64,000 nucleotides of DNA from Octopus sinensis (Eukaryota), in assembly GCF_006345805.1 (NCBI RefSeq), contig NC_042997.1, positions 14,384,001-14,448,000 on the forward strand. The letters run 5' to 3'. The notes under the pieces are model-generated. The model ran no database searches, had not been told where the DNA came from, and saw only the letters and a list, made by a program, of their open reading frames with translations. The translations under genes were made by a program, and so were the position numbers. Below, in pieces: positions 24,500-37,526 of the stretch (position 1 is the stretch's first letter; the number at the start of each line of letters is the position of its first letter).

Positions 24500-24845
24500 A
24501 TCTCATTCTCGCCCACAACATCATAAGCGGAAAGAGTAACCTCTCGAAGGAGCTGTTCTTCACTCCTGCTCCAGAGCGTCGGCTGCGGGGTCATTCCGAA
24601 AAGCTCTACCTGCGACGATTTCATCTCAATCGAAGGAGAGGAGCTTTCTCCGTCCGGGTTGCGGATCCGTGGAACAAGCTGCCAGACGAGATGGTGAAGA
24701 TGCCGACGACCGCTTTGTTCAAAGCCTCCCTTGACCTCAAGTGGCCTGAACTCTTTACATGAACACCACTGTACTTAACTCCATGTCCCCCTACATGGCC
24801 TTGCTATTTGCTTTTGAGCCAAATCAACTAACTAACTAACTAATT
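24500..24845 (+). mobile_element. CR1-group LINE 3' end with (CTAA)n tail
   Basis: LILAHNII...RLRGHSEKL...FSVRVADPWNKLPDEMV...FKASLD* then AACTAACTAACTAA. Confidence 0.85.
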
Positions 24846-24899
24846 ATAAAAAAAAACGTAATTATCAGATGAAAAGAAATTTTACAAACAAACAAATAT

Positions 24900-26880
24900 C
24901 CCAAGAATACAGCAGGGATGTGGCTGAGGTCTGTCGAGGTCAACTATGAAATAGGAGAATGACCAACCAAGCTGACCGTTGAGGTTAAGAATATAGTTTG
25001 TGAAAGGGTGTAATATGATAGCTAAGGTCAACGACCCAGGTGAGATAGGATTCTGCTAGATTGGTTCTTAGGTAGGCTCTGGAGTGGGATGCAGGTGATA
25101 TTTTATTATATAATAAGAGCACTCCGTCGGTTGCGACGATGAGGGTCCCAGCTGATACGATCAACGGAACCGCTTGCTCGTGATTTTAACGTGCAAGTGG
25201 CTGAGCACTCCACAGACACGTGTACCCCTAACGTAGCTCTCGAGGAGATTCAGCGTGACACAGAGTGTGATAAGGCTGGCCCTTTGAAATACAGGTACAA
25301 CAGAAACAGGAAGAAAGAGCGAGAGAAAGTTGTGGTGAAAGAGTACAGCAGGGCTCACCACCATCACCTGCCGGAGCCTCGTGGAGCTTTAGGTGTTTTC
25401 GCTCAATAAACACTCACAATGCCCGGTCTGGGAATCGAAACCGCGATCCTCCGACCGCGAGTCCGCTGCCCTAACCACTGGTAGTAATAGTAGAATACTA
25501 CTTATCATTAAGGAGTTTAAAAAAGGATGGGGGTTATATACCTAGTACAGAGTTAGAGGAAATACCAGATCGGATATCAAAGAAAGCCAGTAGTAGGTAG
25601 TAGTCTAATGATGTAGAATATTGAATGTTATACAAGTGGCATTCATATTATTTAATTAGTATAATCACCTGTGTAAGTCAGGTAAAGCAACTCCGGACAA
25701 TTGTCGCGAGTAAGAGATTTGGATTGTGTTTTCTATCTATTAACAAGCGCAGCACAAATACTGTATCTTGGTGTAAGGATTACTTACTTAGTAGAACTGG
25801 CTAGGGTGTGCAGCCTGCTATTTCTGGGTTAGATATCTTTGCCATCGCTATTACATAATACTGGGTACACCACAGATAGAATGGTTAGTTCCTTCAATAA
25901 AGCTTACCATGCAAGTATAGTAAGAGCGGTTAGAAAGTAATGGTAAAGGGAAACGAGACTAGGACTCAAAAATATATTGGCAGATCGATCGGCTATTGGG
26001 TCAACAATAGAGGGAGTAAAATAGATTGGCCCTCGGTTAGGAGCTATTATAGAGGTTGTTTAATGTCCCTAAAATATTTAAGCATGCGGGTAGCCTTATG
26101 TATACAGGAAAGACGAAGTCCTAGCTTATTATTTAGTAGATTTTCACTATTTGATCTCTTTAAAATTTCAAACAGCTCCATGCAGTTAAAGCCTGCACCC
26201 ATATCTGCTGTTTAAGTATGGTTTAGCGACCCTAATGATGTCTCAACTCAAATCAAATTTAACATTGTCGTCCTTGAGATCCCAAATCTTCGTGGTTAGA
26301 GTTCTGCCAGTCCTATGTCTTAATTTAAAGGGAAAATAGTGGTTAGGTAAGCGCTTCTTGAGATTACGGAGCAGTCGATATAAGTACACATTTGTAAACC
26401 ACATTTACTGCTAGACATCGACCAAAAAGCGGACATGATATTTTGTCTAAACAATTGCACCCAATATATTGTAAGACTTGAAATTTATTATTACGGATAC
26501 GCAATCCAACGTTATTATGGTGTAATAGTTCAAGCTCACAAGAGTTACTGGTGTTTGCATGGTTGTTACTGGGGTCTATGTTACCAGGATCAATACTATT
26601 ATAATCGGTTGCCAAGTCTAGGGTCGGAGAATGTTGGTATTGAACATTGTCGTAAGAGATTTGGTTTTCAGATAGTGACAATAGAATGTCGTGGGTGGGT
26701 GATATAACGGAAAAATTTCCAGCACAGGTGTTAGTCTTCTGTACGTCGAGCATGAATGGGAGTAGGTGGGTGGTCAATACAGCTAGTAGAGATAGTGTTA
26801 GGATTGTAGGGAGTGGTATGGTGTGAGCTTAAAGCTAGTGGTAGTTGTGGCAGAGTTTGTTACTGCTGTTACCCCTTTTA
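24900..26880 (-). mobile_element. Decayed Penelope-like element including a GIY-YIG endonuclease region
   Basis: Minus strand CNCLDKISCPLFGRCLAVNVVYKC followed by KRLPNHYFPF...TKIWDLKDDNVKFDL...AKPY...CRL...NLLNNK, the pattern of PLE GIY-YIG domains (about 26130-26480). A/C-rich minus strand; interrupted by SINE C at 25117. Confidence 0.75.
25117..25481 (-). mobile_element. SINE family C (tRNA-derived, about 390 bp)
   Basis: Minus strand CAGTGGTTAGGGCAGCGGACTCGCGG...GGTTTCGATTCCC head and GTCGCAACCGACGGAGTGC tail. Confidence 0.9.
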
Positions 26881-27149
26881 GTGGCAGGTTTTGTTGCTTT
26901 GTTTATGTCCCCTAGGTGGTTACATCCCCTAGGCGGTTTTTATCAGCAAAAGAGACCGATAGAATAAGTACCAGAGTTTAAAACAAAATGTATACTAGGG
27001 TCGATTTCTTCAACTATAAACCTTTCAAAGCAGTGCCCCAGCATGACAGCTGTTCAAAGATTTGAAACAAGTGAAAGAGAATCTATCGGAAACCTGTGGG
27101 AAAAAAAGATTACAAAGATATTCTTTTCTACTCTAGGCACAAGACCCGA

Positions 27150-27517
27150 CAATTTTGGGGAGGGGATCAGTCGATTAGATTGACCCCAGCACGCAAATGG
27201 TACTTAATTTATCGACACCCGAAAGGATGACAAAGTCAACCTCGGCGGAATTTGAACCCAGAACATAAAGACAGACGAAATACTTATTTCTTTACTACCC
27301 ACAAGGGGCTACACAGAGAGGGGACAAACAAGGACAGACAAAAGGATTAAGTGGATTACATCAACCCCAGTGCGTAACTAGTACTTAATTTATCGACCCC
27401 GAAAGGATGAAAGGCAAAGTCGACCTCGGCGGAATTTGAACTCAGAACGGAGCGGCGGACGAAATACCGCAAAGCATTTCGCCCGGCGTGCTAACGTTTC
27501 TGCCAGCTCGCCGCCTT
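27150..27517 (-). mobile_element. SINE family B, dimeric
   Basis: Head at about 27515 and two units. Confidence 0.9.
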
Positions 27518-28104
27518 AAAATTACAAAGATATTGTCGAAGCAATCTTTGAGGAAGTTACTGGAATCATGAAAAAATGTTAGAAGAAGCTTAATGGTCGG
27601 AAGCATGGAGCGGCTGTATGAAATTCCAAGTGGTAAATTTGCCGTGAAAAAGCATCCCATTGGAGCGAAATTCCAAGTATTGAGAGAATTTGAAACTGGT
27701 TAAGATCTGACAGTTAGAACCATCAAGAAAAAGGTTGCGAAATATAAGTTTCTGACATGACGGCGTTATTTATGTCCGCAAACAGATGATTTGTTCAAAG
27801 ATTAAATTTCTGGTAAAAGTAGAAGTAGGAGATATACTTGCTGTGTGTGTGTTCAACAAAGAGAAACACAACATGACGTTGATCCAACTTACCATTACTG
27901 AGTAAGAAGCAAAGAGCGTCTTTAGGCATTTACCATATGAAGGATAATTCAGAAATATTCACAGCTGGTAGGGGATTGTTGTATAGGGTTAACAACGGCA
28001 CAACCTAAAAAGCATCTGTATCTCTGTTGAAACTGTAAGTGCGTATATTGGGTTGTGTCATACTTTTTGTTCAGCAATGAAACGATATGGCCAAGAACAT
28101 AACC

Positions 28105-28535
28105 GGATCTTTTCGGTTTGAACGGCAGTTTTTCTAGCGGTGTCATATGAAATTGTCACCCATAATTATGACCCTAGTATCGATCTATTGCATTTCAATC
28201 TATTTTAGGGTTAGGGTTAGAGCTAGGGTTAGTTAGGGTTAGGGTTAGGGTTAGGGGTGGGGGAAGGGTATCTATTTTCTTCAGAAATGTAAATAAACCC
28301 AATCTGTTTCTTAAACGAGGGACATATTCATACGGCACAGAATGTTTTCACCTCAATAGACGGTCATTGATTGGTTGAAATTGCAGAAATTGAAGAAAAA
28401 AAACAACAAATATCTTCTCAATAAATCCAAGAGAAAAAGATGTTTTATAAACACATTCTACCAGTGTACGAAGTTTAAAATTTTTTAGTTACCTAGAAAT
28501 TATGTTAAAAACTGCCGTTCAAACCGAAAAGATCC
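28105..28535. mobile_element. MITE of the same GGATC-TIR family with internal (TTAGGG)n
   Basis: 29-bp perfect TIR GGATCTTTTCGGTTTGAACGGCAGTTTTT; TSD ACATAACC at 28097-28104 and 28536-28543; TTAGGG array at about 28205-28255. Confidence 0.9.
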
Positions 28536-29326
28536 ACATAACCTTCAGTTCAAGGCTTTGGTGGTGATTGATCATGCCCGAGGCAATTTCCATAGACCCA
28601 ATGCCCTTCAAACCTGCCATCGCTGTCGAAGTAATTTACCTACCACCAAACATCATTTCTGTACACCAACCCATGTGTCAGAGTGTAATTTCGAATCTCT
28701 AGGCCTATTATTTCGTCGCAGTTTCAAACAACTTTTGAAAAAAGAGATTGCTAATATAAACAAATTTATCAGGAACATGTGAAAAAAAAATCTACCATAT
28801 CATGAAGGCCATATATGGTATTAAAGCAGTGTGGGATGATGTAACGGAGAAATGAATGAAGAGAGTTTGGCGGGGAAGTAAAACATTTGCCTCCAAACCA
28901 CATGGTTCGGGGTTCAGTTCCACTGTGTGGCACTGTGTATCTTTGTATCGTCTATCTGGATGTTTTGTTGTCCCCTTTTTGTATCACTTAACTGTCTGGA
29001 TGTTTTACGCTCTTGTCCCATTTTGTATTTTATATATATATTTATAATGTGTGATAATAAGCTTGCTTCCCAACCACATGGTTCCAGGTTCAGTCCCACT
29101 GCGTGGCACCTTGGGCAAGAGTCTTCTACTATAGCCTCGAGCCAACCAAAGTCTTGTAGTAGACGGAAATTGAAAGAAGCCCGTCGGATAAATGTATACC
29201 GCCTATTATAGGAGCAACGCTTGAAATTTGGGGAAGGGGTTAGTCGCTATAATCCACCCCAGTACTTGAAATTCCGCAAGGTTCTAGTGATTCCGTTGCC
29301 TCGGTACCGTAATAATTGTTTCTAAT

Positions 29327-29725
29327 CCTTAGCCTCCTCTCTTAGCACTCCGTCGGTTACGACGATGAGGGTTCCGGTTGATTCGAATCAACGGAACAGC
29401 CTGCTCGTGAAATTAACGTGTAAGTGGCTGAGCACTCCACAGACACGTGTACCCTTAACGTAGTTCTCGGGGATATTCAGCGTGACACAGAGAGTGACAA
29501 GGCCGGCCCCTTGAAATACAGGTACAACAGAAACAGGAAGTAAGAGTGAGAGAAAGTTGTGGTGAAAGAGTACAGCAGGGATCACCACCATCCCCTGCCG
29601 GAGCCTCGTGGAGCTTTTAGGTGTTTTCGCTCAATAAACACTCACAACGCCCGGTCTGGGAATCGAAACCGCGATCCTATGACCGCGAGTCCGCTGCCCT
29701 AACCACTGGGCCATTGCGCCTCCAC
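29327..29725 (-). mobile_element. SINE family C with 13-bp TSD
   Basis: TSD AATTGTTTCTAAT at 29314-29326 and 29726-29738. Confidence 0.92.
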
Positions 29726-30084
29726 AATTGTTTCTAATATAGGTACAAGGACAGCAATTTCGAGAGGTGGGGTTTTGTTAATTAAATCGATCCCACTGGT
29801 TTAACTTTATTTTATTGACTCCGAGGCTGGTGGTAGTGGCGTCGGTGGTGGTTGTGATGGCAGTGGCCGCGGTGATAGTAAACCGGTTACGCATTATGAA
29901 CTTAATTAGCTATTAATTATATATTTCCGGTCATCAATAATTTCAGTTATAGATCGATGAATTTTGTCTACATTATTCTTTGTTAGATTTGAATTCGTTT
30001 TCCTTTCGGATATAGTCTTTTGACTGTTACATACGGCTGTTGTCTTCTAATCAGGACTCATGCCGTTAGCCACAAAGAATAATC

Positions 30085-30232
30085 TCTAATTCACACACCC
30101 CCACCGCCGGAGTCTCGTGAAGTTTAGGTGTTTTTACTCATTAAACACTGACAATCCCCGGTCTGGGAATCGAAAACGCGTTCTTACGACCGCGAGTCCG
30201 CTGGTCTAAGCACTGCTCCATTGCGCCTCCAC
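30085..30232 (-). mobile_element. SINE family C, head fragment
   Basis: Matches the first ~150 nt of family C. Confidence 0.8.
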
Positions 30233-30272
30233 TCTGCTGTTGCTGTTTAGGACCGTATGTCAGTCGTGATAC

Positions 30273-30307
<35 letters not shown>

Positions 30308-30485
30308 ATAATAAATATTAGGGAATAAATCCAAATTTACAGGGAAAAAATCAGATTTAGGATTAAATCCAATTTTATAGTAAAATATTATAAAATATTA
30401 TTAGAGACAAACCACTATTTTGCAAAACAAACAAGGAAAGACTTAATCAATACATAAAATTTTAATAAATAGTAAAAAAAAACCG

Positions 30486-30528
30486 CCACTACAATTGTTT
30501 CTTGTCTTGATCGACAATCTTCAGGTGG
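30486..30528 (-). ncRNA. Minimal type I hammerhead ribozyme motif
   Basis: Minus strand CCAC-CTGAAGA-TTGTC(GATCAA)GACAA-GAAA-CAATTG-TA-GTGG: intact core, 5-bp stem II, palindromic ACAATTGT stem III, GUA cleavage triplet. Confidence 0.75.
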
Positions 30529-31136
30529 ACTTCCAATCTAAAATATCAATATTTTAAAATATAAAAATATATAATTTTAAAATAATTAAAGTATGAATGA
30601 AAAAATATAAATATATAATCCATATATAACCTATATATAATCCATATATAATCAATATATAACAATATATAAACTAAAATAACCTATCAACAATTAATAT
30701 AAAATATAAAATATAAAATATAAAATATAAAACAAAACAAAAAAATAATAATAATATAATAATAAACTATATATACACCCAAACACATATACCTAATTAT
30801 ATATAACCATATCTACTACATACACTAAATCACACCCCTATATATATATCCCTATACATACACATAAAAACGTCTAGGCAACTATAAATAAATAAAATAG
30901 CTAAATACTTCAACACAATACTTATCATACTCCCACACACACACACATACAACTCACATTCACGCTCTAGAAAACGGACATCACTTAAAATTATGAACGG
31001 AGAAATGGAATAAATGGAATTAAAAATTATATTCACTTGGTAAAACGAACACTACTTAAAAATTATGAATGAAACAATGCAATAAAACAACAGACATCGC
31101 AAATAGACACAAATTACTACGAATTCCTTAACAAAC

Positions 31137-31800
31137 CTACCATGATAAACCAAAACTCATAAAAACATATAATGATAAATCTCCCATTACTAAACTCTAT
31201 AACATACCTATAGCAATCCCCCTAACCTAAACATTCACACACAAATACACACACGTAAACCACACACCCACGACATATACAAATACCACACCACTTACAC
31301 ATACCTATACATACATATAAACCAACATATACTCCAAAAACCCACTCAACACCCACACAGACAAATAAACACAAAAATTATGAATGGATTCTTTTATAAA
31401 ACTACCATAAGCTAAAACTCACAAAACATAAATGATAAAACCTCCCTTTACTAAACACTATAACATACTTATATAGCAATCCCTTTAACCTATACATTCA
31501 CACACAAATACACACACGTAAATCCACACACCCACGACATATACAAATACCCACACCACTTACACATACCTATACATACATATAACCTCACATATACTCC
31601 AAAAACCCACTCAACCCCACACAGACAAATAAACACAAAAATTATGAATGGATTCTTTTATAAAACTACCATGATAAGCTAAAACTCACAAAACATAAAT
31701 GATAAAACGTCCCTTTACTAAACACTATAACATACTTATATAGCAATCCCTTTAACCTATACATTCACACACAAATACACACACGTAAACCACACACCAC
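31137..31800. repeat. Tandem repeat with ~265-bp unit, about 2.5 copies, extremely G-poor plus strand
   Basis: CTACC unit starts at 31137, 31402 and 31666. Confidence 0.85.
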
Positions 31801-31804
31801 CCAT

Positions 31805-31849
<45 letters not shown>

Positions 31850-31941
31850 GTATTTCATCTTTCTACTTCTTTCAATAATTAGATTGCGGTCATGCTGGGG
31901 CATCGCCTTGTAAAATTTACAGTCTAACAAATTGATCCCAT

Positions 31942-32125
31942 TATGGGATGGTGCTGAAAAGCCCAACCTTCCGTATTCTTTTTCAGGGCCTAGAAAAACT
32001 GAAGGACCGTTACAATAAATGTGTGAATCTAAGAAGGGGAATATGTTAAATAAAATCATAATTAACTGATTCTCCTGTATTTTCTTTTAACCAACCAAAG
32101 CCAGGCGAAAATTTTTCGGCAACGT
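31942..32125 (+). mobile_element. Internally deleted mariner remnant
   Basis: 31987-32053 reads GLEKLKDRYNKCVNL-(frameshift)-GEYVK*, typical of a mariner transposase C-terminus; decayed TIR-like ends GGTGCTGAAAAG and AAAGCCAGG...TTTTTCGGCA. Confidence 0.65.
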
Positions 32126-32529
32126 TGATCGGAATCCTTAAATTACTCGAATGTTAACAAATCAACACCAGCTGTCAAGCGGTGGCGGGGGGGGACAGAC
32201 ATAAAGACACCTGATCGCGCGTGCGCGCACACACACTCACACACACACACACACACGAACAAAGATAATGAGGCGAATAAACAAATACACGCGCGTGGGC
32301 TTGATATATGAAATACATACATTTATAGAGAAAAATAAAAAGAGAGAATATTCATCTGAGTACTTTCAGTTTTTACTTCCCCCAATGTATCCCTGGATTT
32401 TTATTCGCATTCATAACAACCCCGGTTGCTAATCGTGAACTATAGAAAATGTTTTTTTTCAGCTTATCGAACATCGATATGGGAAAAACCAAGCTTCTAA
32501 TTAATTGTTAACAAGGTAAAAATACACTC

Positions 32530-32750
<221 letters not shown>

Positions 32751-33144
32751 AAATACGTGTAGATTGTAATTGTAAGTTCCAAGGATCTAGGCGTAAGGAG
32801 TTAGTAATCTCCAAGCAGTCCGTGATAATATAAAAACAACTTTCAGAAATAATAATAGTTTATTGGCGTAGAAGCTTGGTTTTTCCCATATCGATGTTCG
32901 ATAAGTTGGAAAAAATAATTTTCTATAGTTCACGATTAGCAACCGGGGTTGCTATGAATGCGAATAAAAATCCAGGGATACATTGGGGGGGGGGGTAAAA
33001 ACTGAAAGTACTCAGATGAATATTAATGTATATTCATCTGATGAATATTCTCTCTTTTTATTTTTTCTCTATAAATGTATGTATTTCATATATCAAGCCC
33101 GAGCGCGTGTATTTGTTTATTCGCGTCATTATCTTTGTTCGTGT

Positions 33145-33191
<47 letters not shown>

Positions 33192-33432
33192 TGCGCGCAT
33201 GCGCGATCAGGTGTCTTTATGTCTGTCCCCCCCCCCCCACCGCTTGACAGCTGATGTTGATTTGTTTAACATTCGAGTAATTTAAGGATTCCGATCAACG
33301 TTGCCGAAAAATTCAGCACCATCCCATAATGGGATCAATTTGTTAGACTGTAAATTTTACAAGGCGATGCCCCAGCATGACCGCAATCTAATTATTGAAA
33401 GAAGTAGAAAGATGAAATACATATTCAGAAAC

Positions 33433-33473
<41 letters not shown>

Positions 33474-33593
33474 TTTACTCGATTTCACAACAAACGGACA
33501 AAACCCTTTGTAACCTTTCATCCTGTTTTGTCCCTTTAATGTTTGTCCCAATCATGTTTGTCAGCCCTTTGTGGCCAATAAAAGAATTAATTA

Positions 33594-33655
<62 letters not shown>

Positions 33656-33737
33656 CATTATTATTTATTATTATTATTATTATCATTATTATTATTATTA
33701 TTACTCAGAAGTCAATCGTCTTAAATCGGTCATTCAC

Positions 33738-34098
33738 TGAAGCTCCGGCGTTTGGCGACGGACTTGGTAAACACCCACAAAGTTATCAACCACCTCACCA
33801 ACAACAACACTGAACACCTTTTTGATCTCCATGTGTCTAACACACGTGGACATGCCTACAAAGTCAGAAAACAATACAGCTCCCATGACTTTCGGAAACA
33901 TTTTTTCACGCTCAGTTGCTGAAGCATGGAATAAACTGCCTGCGTCAGTTGTTGACTGCCATGACACTGCATCTTTTAAGGCCCTCATGCTTTCCGAAAT
34001 CCGCCGAAACTACACCTGATTATATATACACTTTAGATGAGTTGTAGTGCACCTGAGCACTGTACACAATTATTATTATTATTATATTATATTATTAT
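33738..34098 (+). mobile_element. CR1-group LINE 3' end with (ATT)n tail
   Basis: LRRLATDLVNTHKVI...TRGHAYKVRK...FRKHFF...AWNKLPASVV...FKALML. Confidence 0.85.
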
Positions 34099-36194
34099 TT
34101 ATAAAGTTTTGAAGTATGAAATGAATGTGAACTAGAAGCTTCTTTTAAGTCTGTTCTCACAATCCTCACCACGGCTCTCATACACACACACACTCACACA
34201 CACATACACAGTAGAAATTATCTACTTTCGATTTCGAAACTGCTCTGAAAAGTTAAACGTTTTCTCCCTCTACGTCCACTGCCATCCTCGTTAAACACTA
34301 CACTTATTTACTTGTCACCAACAGTTGATTGCATCTCCCTACCTCTTTCAGTTTTGCTAATATCCTCAACTTCGCAGAATGACAAGCTTCTATTCAGAGA
34401 CCTTGTAATATGTATAAAGTGTGAGAGCGAGCGAGCGAATAAGCATGTGAAATGTTATAAATAGCACTTTAAAAAAAAATCTCGATCGGCGGATTTTCCT
34501 GACACGTCACTACGTACGTCAGCACCGGATGGCCAGTAAAACAGTCAGTCACAAGCGAAGTTATAGCATTTGGGTATACAGGAGAGATCGGCTGCAACAC
34601 ATTTTTCTACTTCCTTCCCATTCAACAGTTGATTCATCTACCCTGAATACTACGATAAACAAAATCACTTTATGTTGCCGACTTACGAGTAGTAATCTTT
34701 TTTTTATTTTATAACAGAGATTAAATATTTCATACCAAATGGATACCTTCATGAGTTTATTCCAAGTTAAATTTCAAACAAACGATGTACTTGTCGTATC
34801 CGCGACTATAAATTTATGCGCGGTTTTACTTTTTTTCCTCTTAAAATGTTTGACCCTTTGTCGGAATACAAACGAAGAGACATGTGATAATGAAACCCCG
34901 ACGGTACGAATGCTCCAGTTGGCCATACTGTAAGTAGTTTAAAACTTTTCAACTATTCTGATACTTTCGTTTTATTGAGTTTTTTTTTTTTTTATAAGAA
35001 ATTGGTATAACCATCAGACTGATTCCAGACCCGGTTAAATGTGTACAAGACATGTACTGAATTATATTCGATCATTCATACCGTAACCCTAACACTAATT
35101 TTTTTTTAAAACCGATTTTGTTAATAGGAGGGAGGAAATTCCAAAAGGAAAATAAGTTGCTTAATTCCTTTAAACATGCAAGAATACGCAAAATTAAAAA
35201 GCAGAAAAAAGAAGTTACGAAGAAATAATACATATTTTTGTGCGTACAACGGAATCAACCAACTTATTTTCCACAATTTCTGTTTCGGAACTAAGACACC
35301 AAAATATCCAAGAGGTTACGGGTGGGTACATAATCCAGCTTATTAACAGAAGTGTTTGTTCCCCCCACCATCACCACCGCACACAATCCTTTGATTTCCT
35401 GTGACTTTATTAGAAATGCATACTTTCCAATGAAAATTACCATATATACATTTTAGATTATATCAAGAAAAGTTGTAATTGGCGGGGAGTGGTGTGATCG
35501 GATAATCCCCCTATTTTAAACTTCCGCTCCTCCACTTTCACAGAATCGTAATCTACACCAACTAATGAATCGATGGAAAATTTAATTAAAAATATGTACT
35601 TTTAAGAAAGTTACGAGGAAACTTGTGGAGGGAGCACGCTTCTGTAGTTATGCCCATAATCCGGAACTATTTAAATTCATTGAAAATTAAAGATCTAGAA
35701 GCGGATACAGTTTTTTTTTTTTTTTCGTGTTAATATTGTTATCCCTTTAATCATAAGTGAGATGAGTTCTGGTATTGTGACTCCCCTGAAAACTGGTAGC
35801 AACACAGACTGTCAGGGTATACAGCTATTGATTGTATCGTTATGTAATGAGAATTTATTACCATTATCGCTAGACTGACTTCATCTTTCACCTTTCTGCG
35901 CCAGCTGATATATATATAACTACTTTAAATTTGATCTTTCATGTTCGTCCCTTATAAATTCGTGGTTATGTTGCCTATGAGAAAAATCATTGATGGACTT
36001 TCAGAATAGCTGACCCATATACGATTCTTTCGGGATTCTTACAAATTTTATAAGAAGTCCCACATTTCAAACCACTTAAAAGAAGCCTTTTTTCGGGGGG
36101 TTGGGGTTGGGGGGGGATCTTTTCTGTTAGATCCTTTTTTTTTTTAAAGAAAATTATTGTTTCGCCACAACCCCACTCCCATCATCAAACAATT

Positions 36195-36228
<34 letters not shown>

Positions 36229-36570
36229 TCATTCATCATCATCATCATCAAAAAAATAGGTATATGGGTGTCGCGATTCGTTTGACTAAAATTCTTCAAA
36301 GCAGTGCCCCAGTATGGCCACGGTGTAATCACTAAAAGCAAAGATAAAAGATCCTCATCAAAGGAGCCGTCCTCATCGTCGTTGATGTTAAAACCCCAAG
36401 ACCAAACCTATTCAAATAGTTCCATCTTTTTCCTTTATTTTGTATTCCTGTATATTTTTTTTAATCCCATTTTACCGAAATACCATTCCCCAAGATGTAG
36501 ATTGTGTAATATTGATCTTCAGACCTATAGATAAGAAAAAGTTTAAAATGCTAAAATTACGGCAATTAGT

Positions 36571-36728
36571 AGGAGTGGCTGTGTGGTAAGTAGCTTGCTA
36601 ACCAACCACATGGTTCCGGGTTCAGTCCCACTGCGTGGCATCTTGGGCAAATGTCTTCTGCTATAGCCCCGGGCCGACCAATGCCTTGTGAGTGGATTTG
36701 GTAGACGGAAACTGAAAGAAACCTGTCG

Positions 36729-36759
<31 letters not shown>

Positions 36760-36964
36760 TTGTGTGTGTGTGTGTTTGTCTCCCTAGCATTGCTTGACAA
36801 CCTATACAGGTGTGTTTACGTCCCCGTCACTTAGCGGTTCGGCAAAAGAGACCTATAGGATAAGTACTTGGCTTACAAAAAGAATAAGTCCCGGGTCGAT
36901 TTGCTCGACTAAAGGCGGTGCTCCAGCATGGCCGCAGTCAAATGACTGAAACAAGTAAAAGAGA
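36571..36964 (+). mobile_element. SINE family A, full length
   Basis: Near-identical to the 3827 and 54385 copies. Confidence 0.9.
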
Positions 36965-37491
36965 AGTGTCAATAAAACCGGAGCGAATCGAATACAAATA
37001 TCCGAAACTCCTCCAAAAGAAAATACGTCTTTTTTTTAATTATTTTCCCTAAAGTTTATCAACTTATTTGTATTCTAAACTCTGCAGAATTTCATTTAGA
37101 AAAAAACGGATGTTCTAGAATGTTATAAAGAAACAAACTCAAATCTATTATTATAAGGTGTGGGTTTTGTGCGTGTCCCGTTAATCGTAACGCTGACGTA
37201 AATATCGTGTGACGAAATGACTTCTGCCTGTAATTGACATGAATACTAAACTAAATACTCCCAGCGACTAACGATATAATTGCAACATTACATATAATGT
37301 ATCGTAACTTGAAATTAAATAGGACGGTAACAGTTCCTGGAAATTTAATATTTATCAGTAACTTGCCTTTTAATACTTAGATACGTTCTTTCTTTTTCTC
37401 ACGTGTGTGTGGTGTGATTGCACAAACTAAAAGTGAAATAGAAATTTAAGTGTAAATAAAATAACAGAAGTGTTGCTTTCCTAGAAATAAC

Positions 37492-37526
<35 letters not shown>

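Noticed and set aside
28205-28255. TTAGGG array as a chromosome end or fusion scar
   Set aside because: It is short and lies inside a TSD-flanked MITE.
30560-31800. Mitochondrial insertion suggested by strand skew
   Set aside because: No mitochondrial gene, tRNA or rRNA is recognisable; kept only as a check in the findings.
35040-35662. Further GG-terminal MITE (two CATAATCC ends and a TAACCCTAA motif)
   Set aside because: No matching left TIR or TSD could be found.
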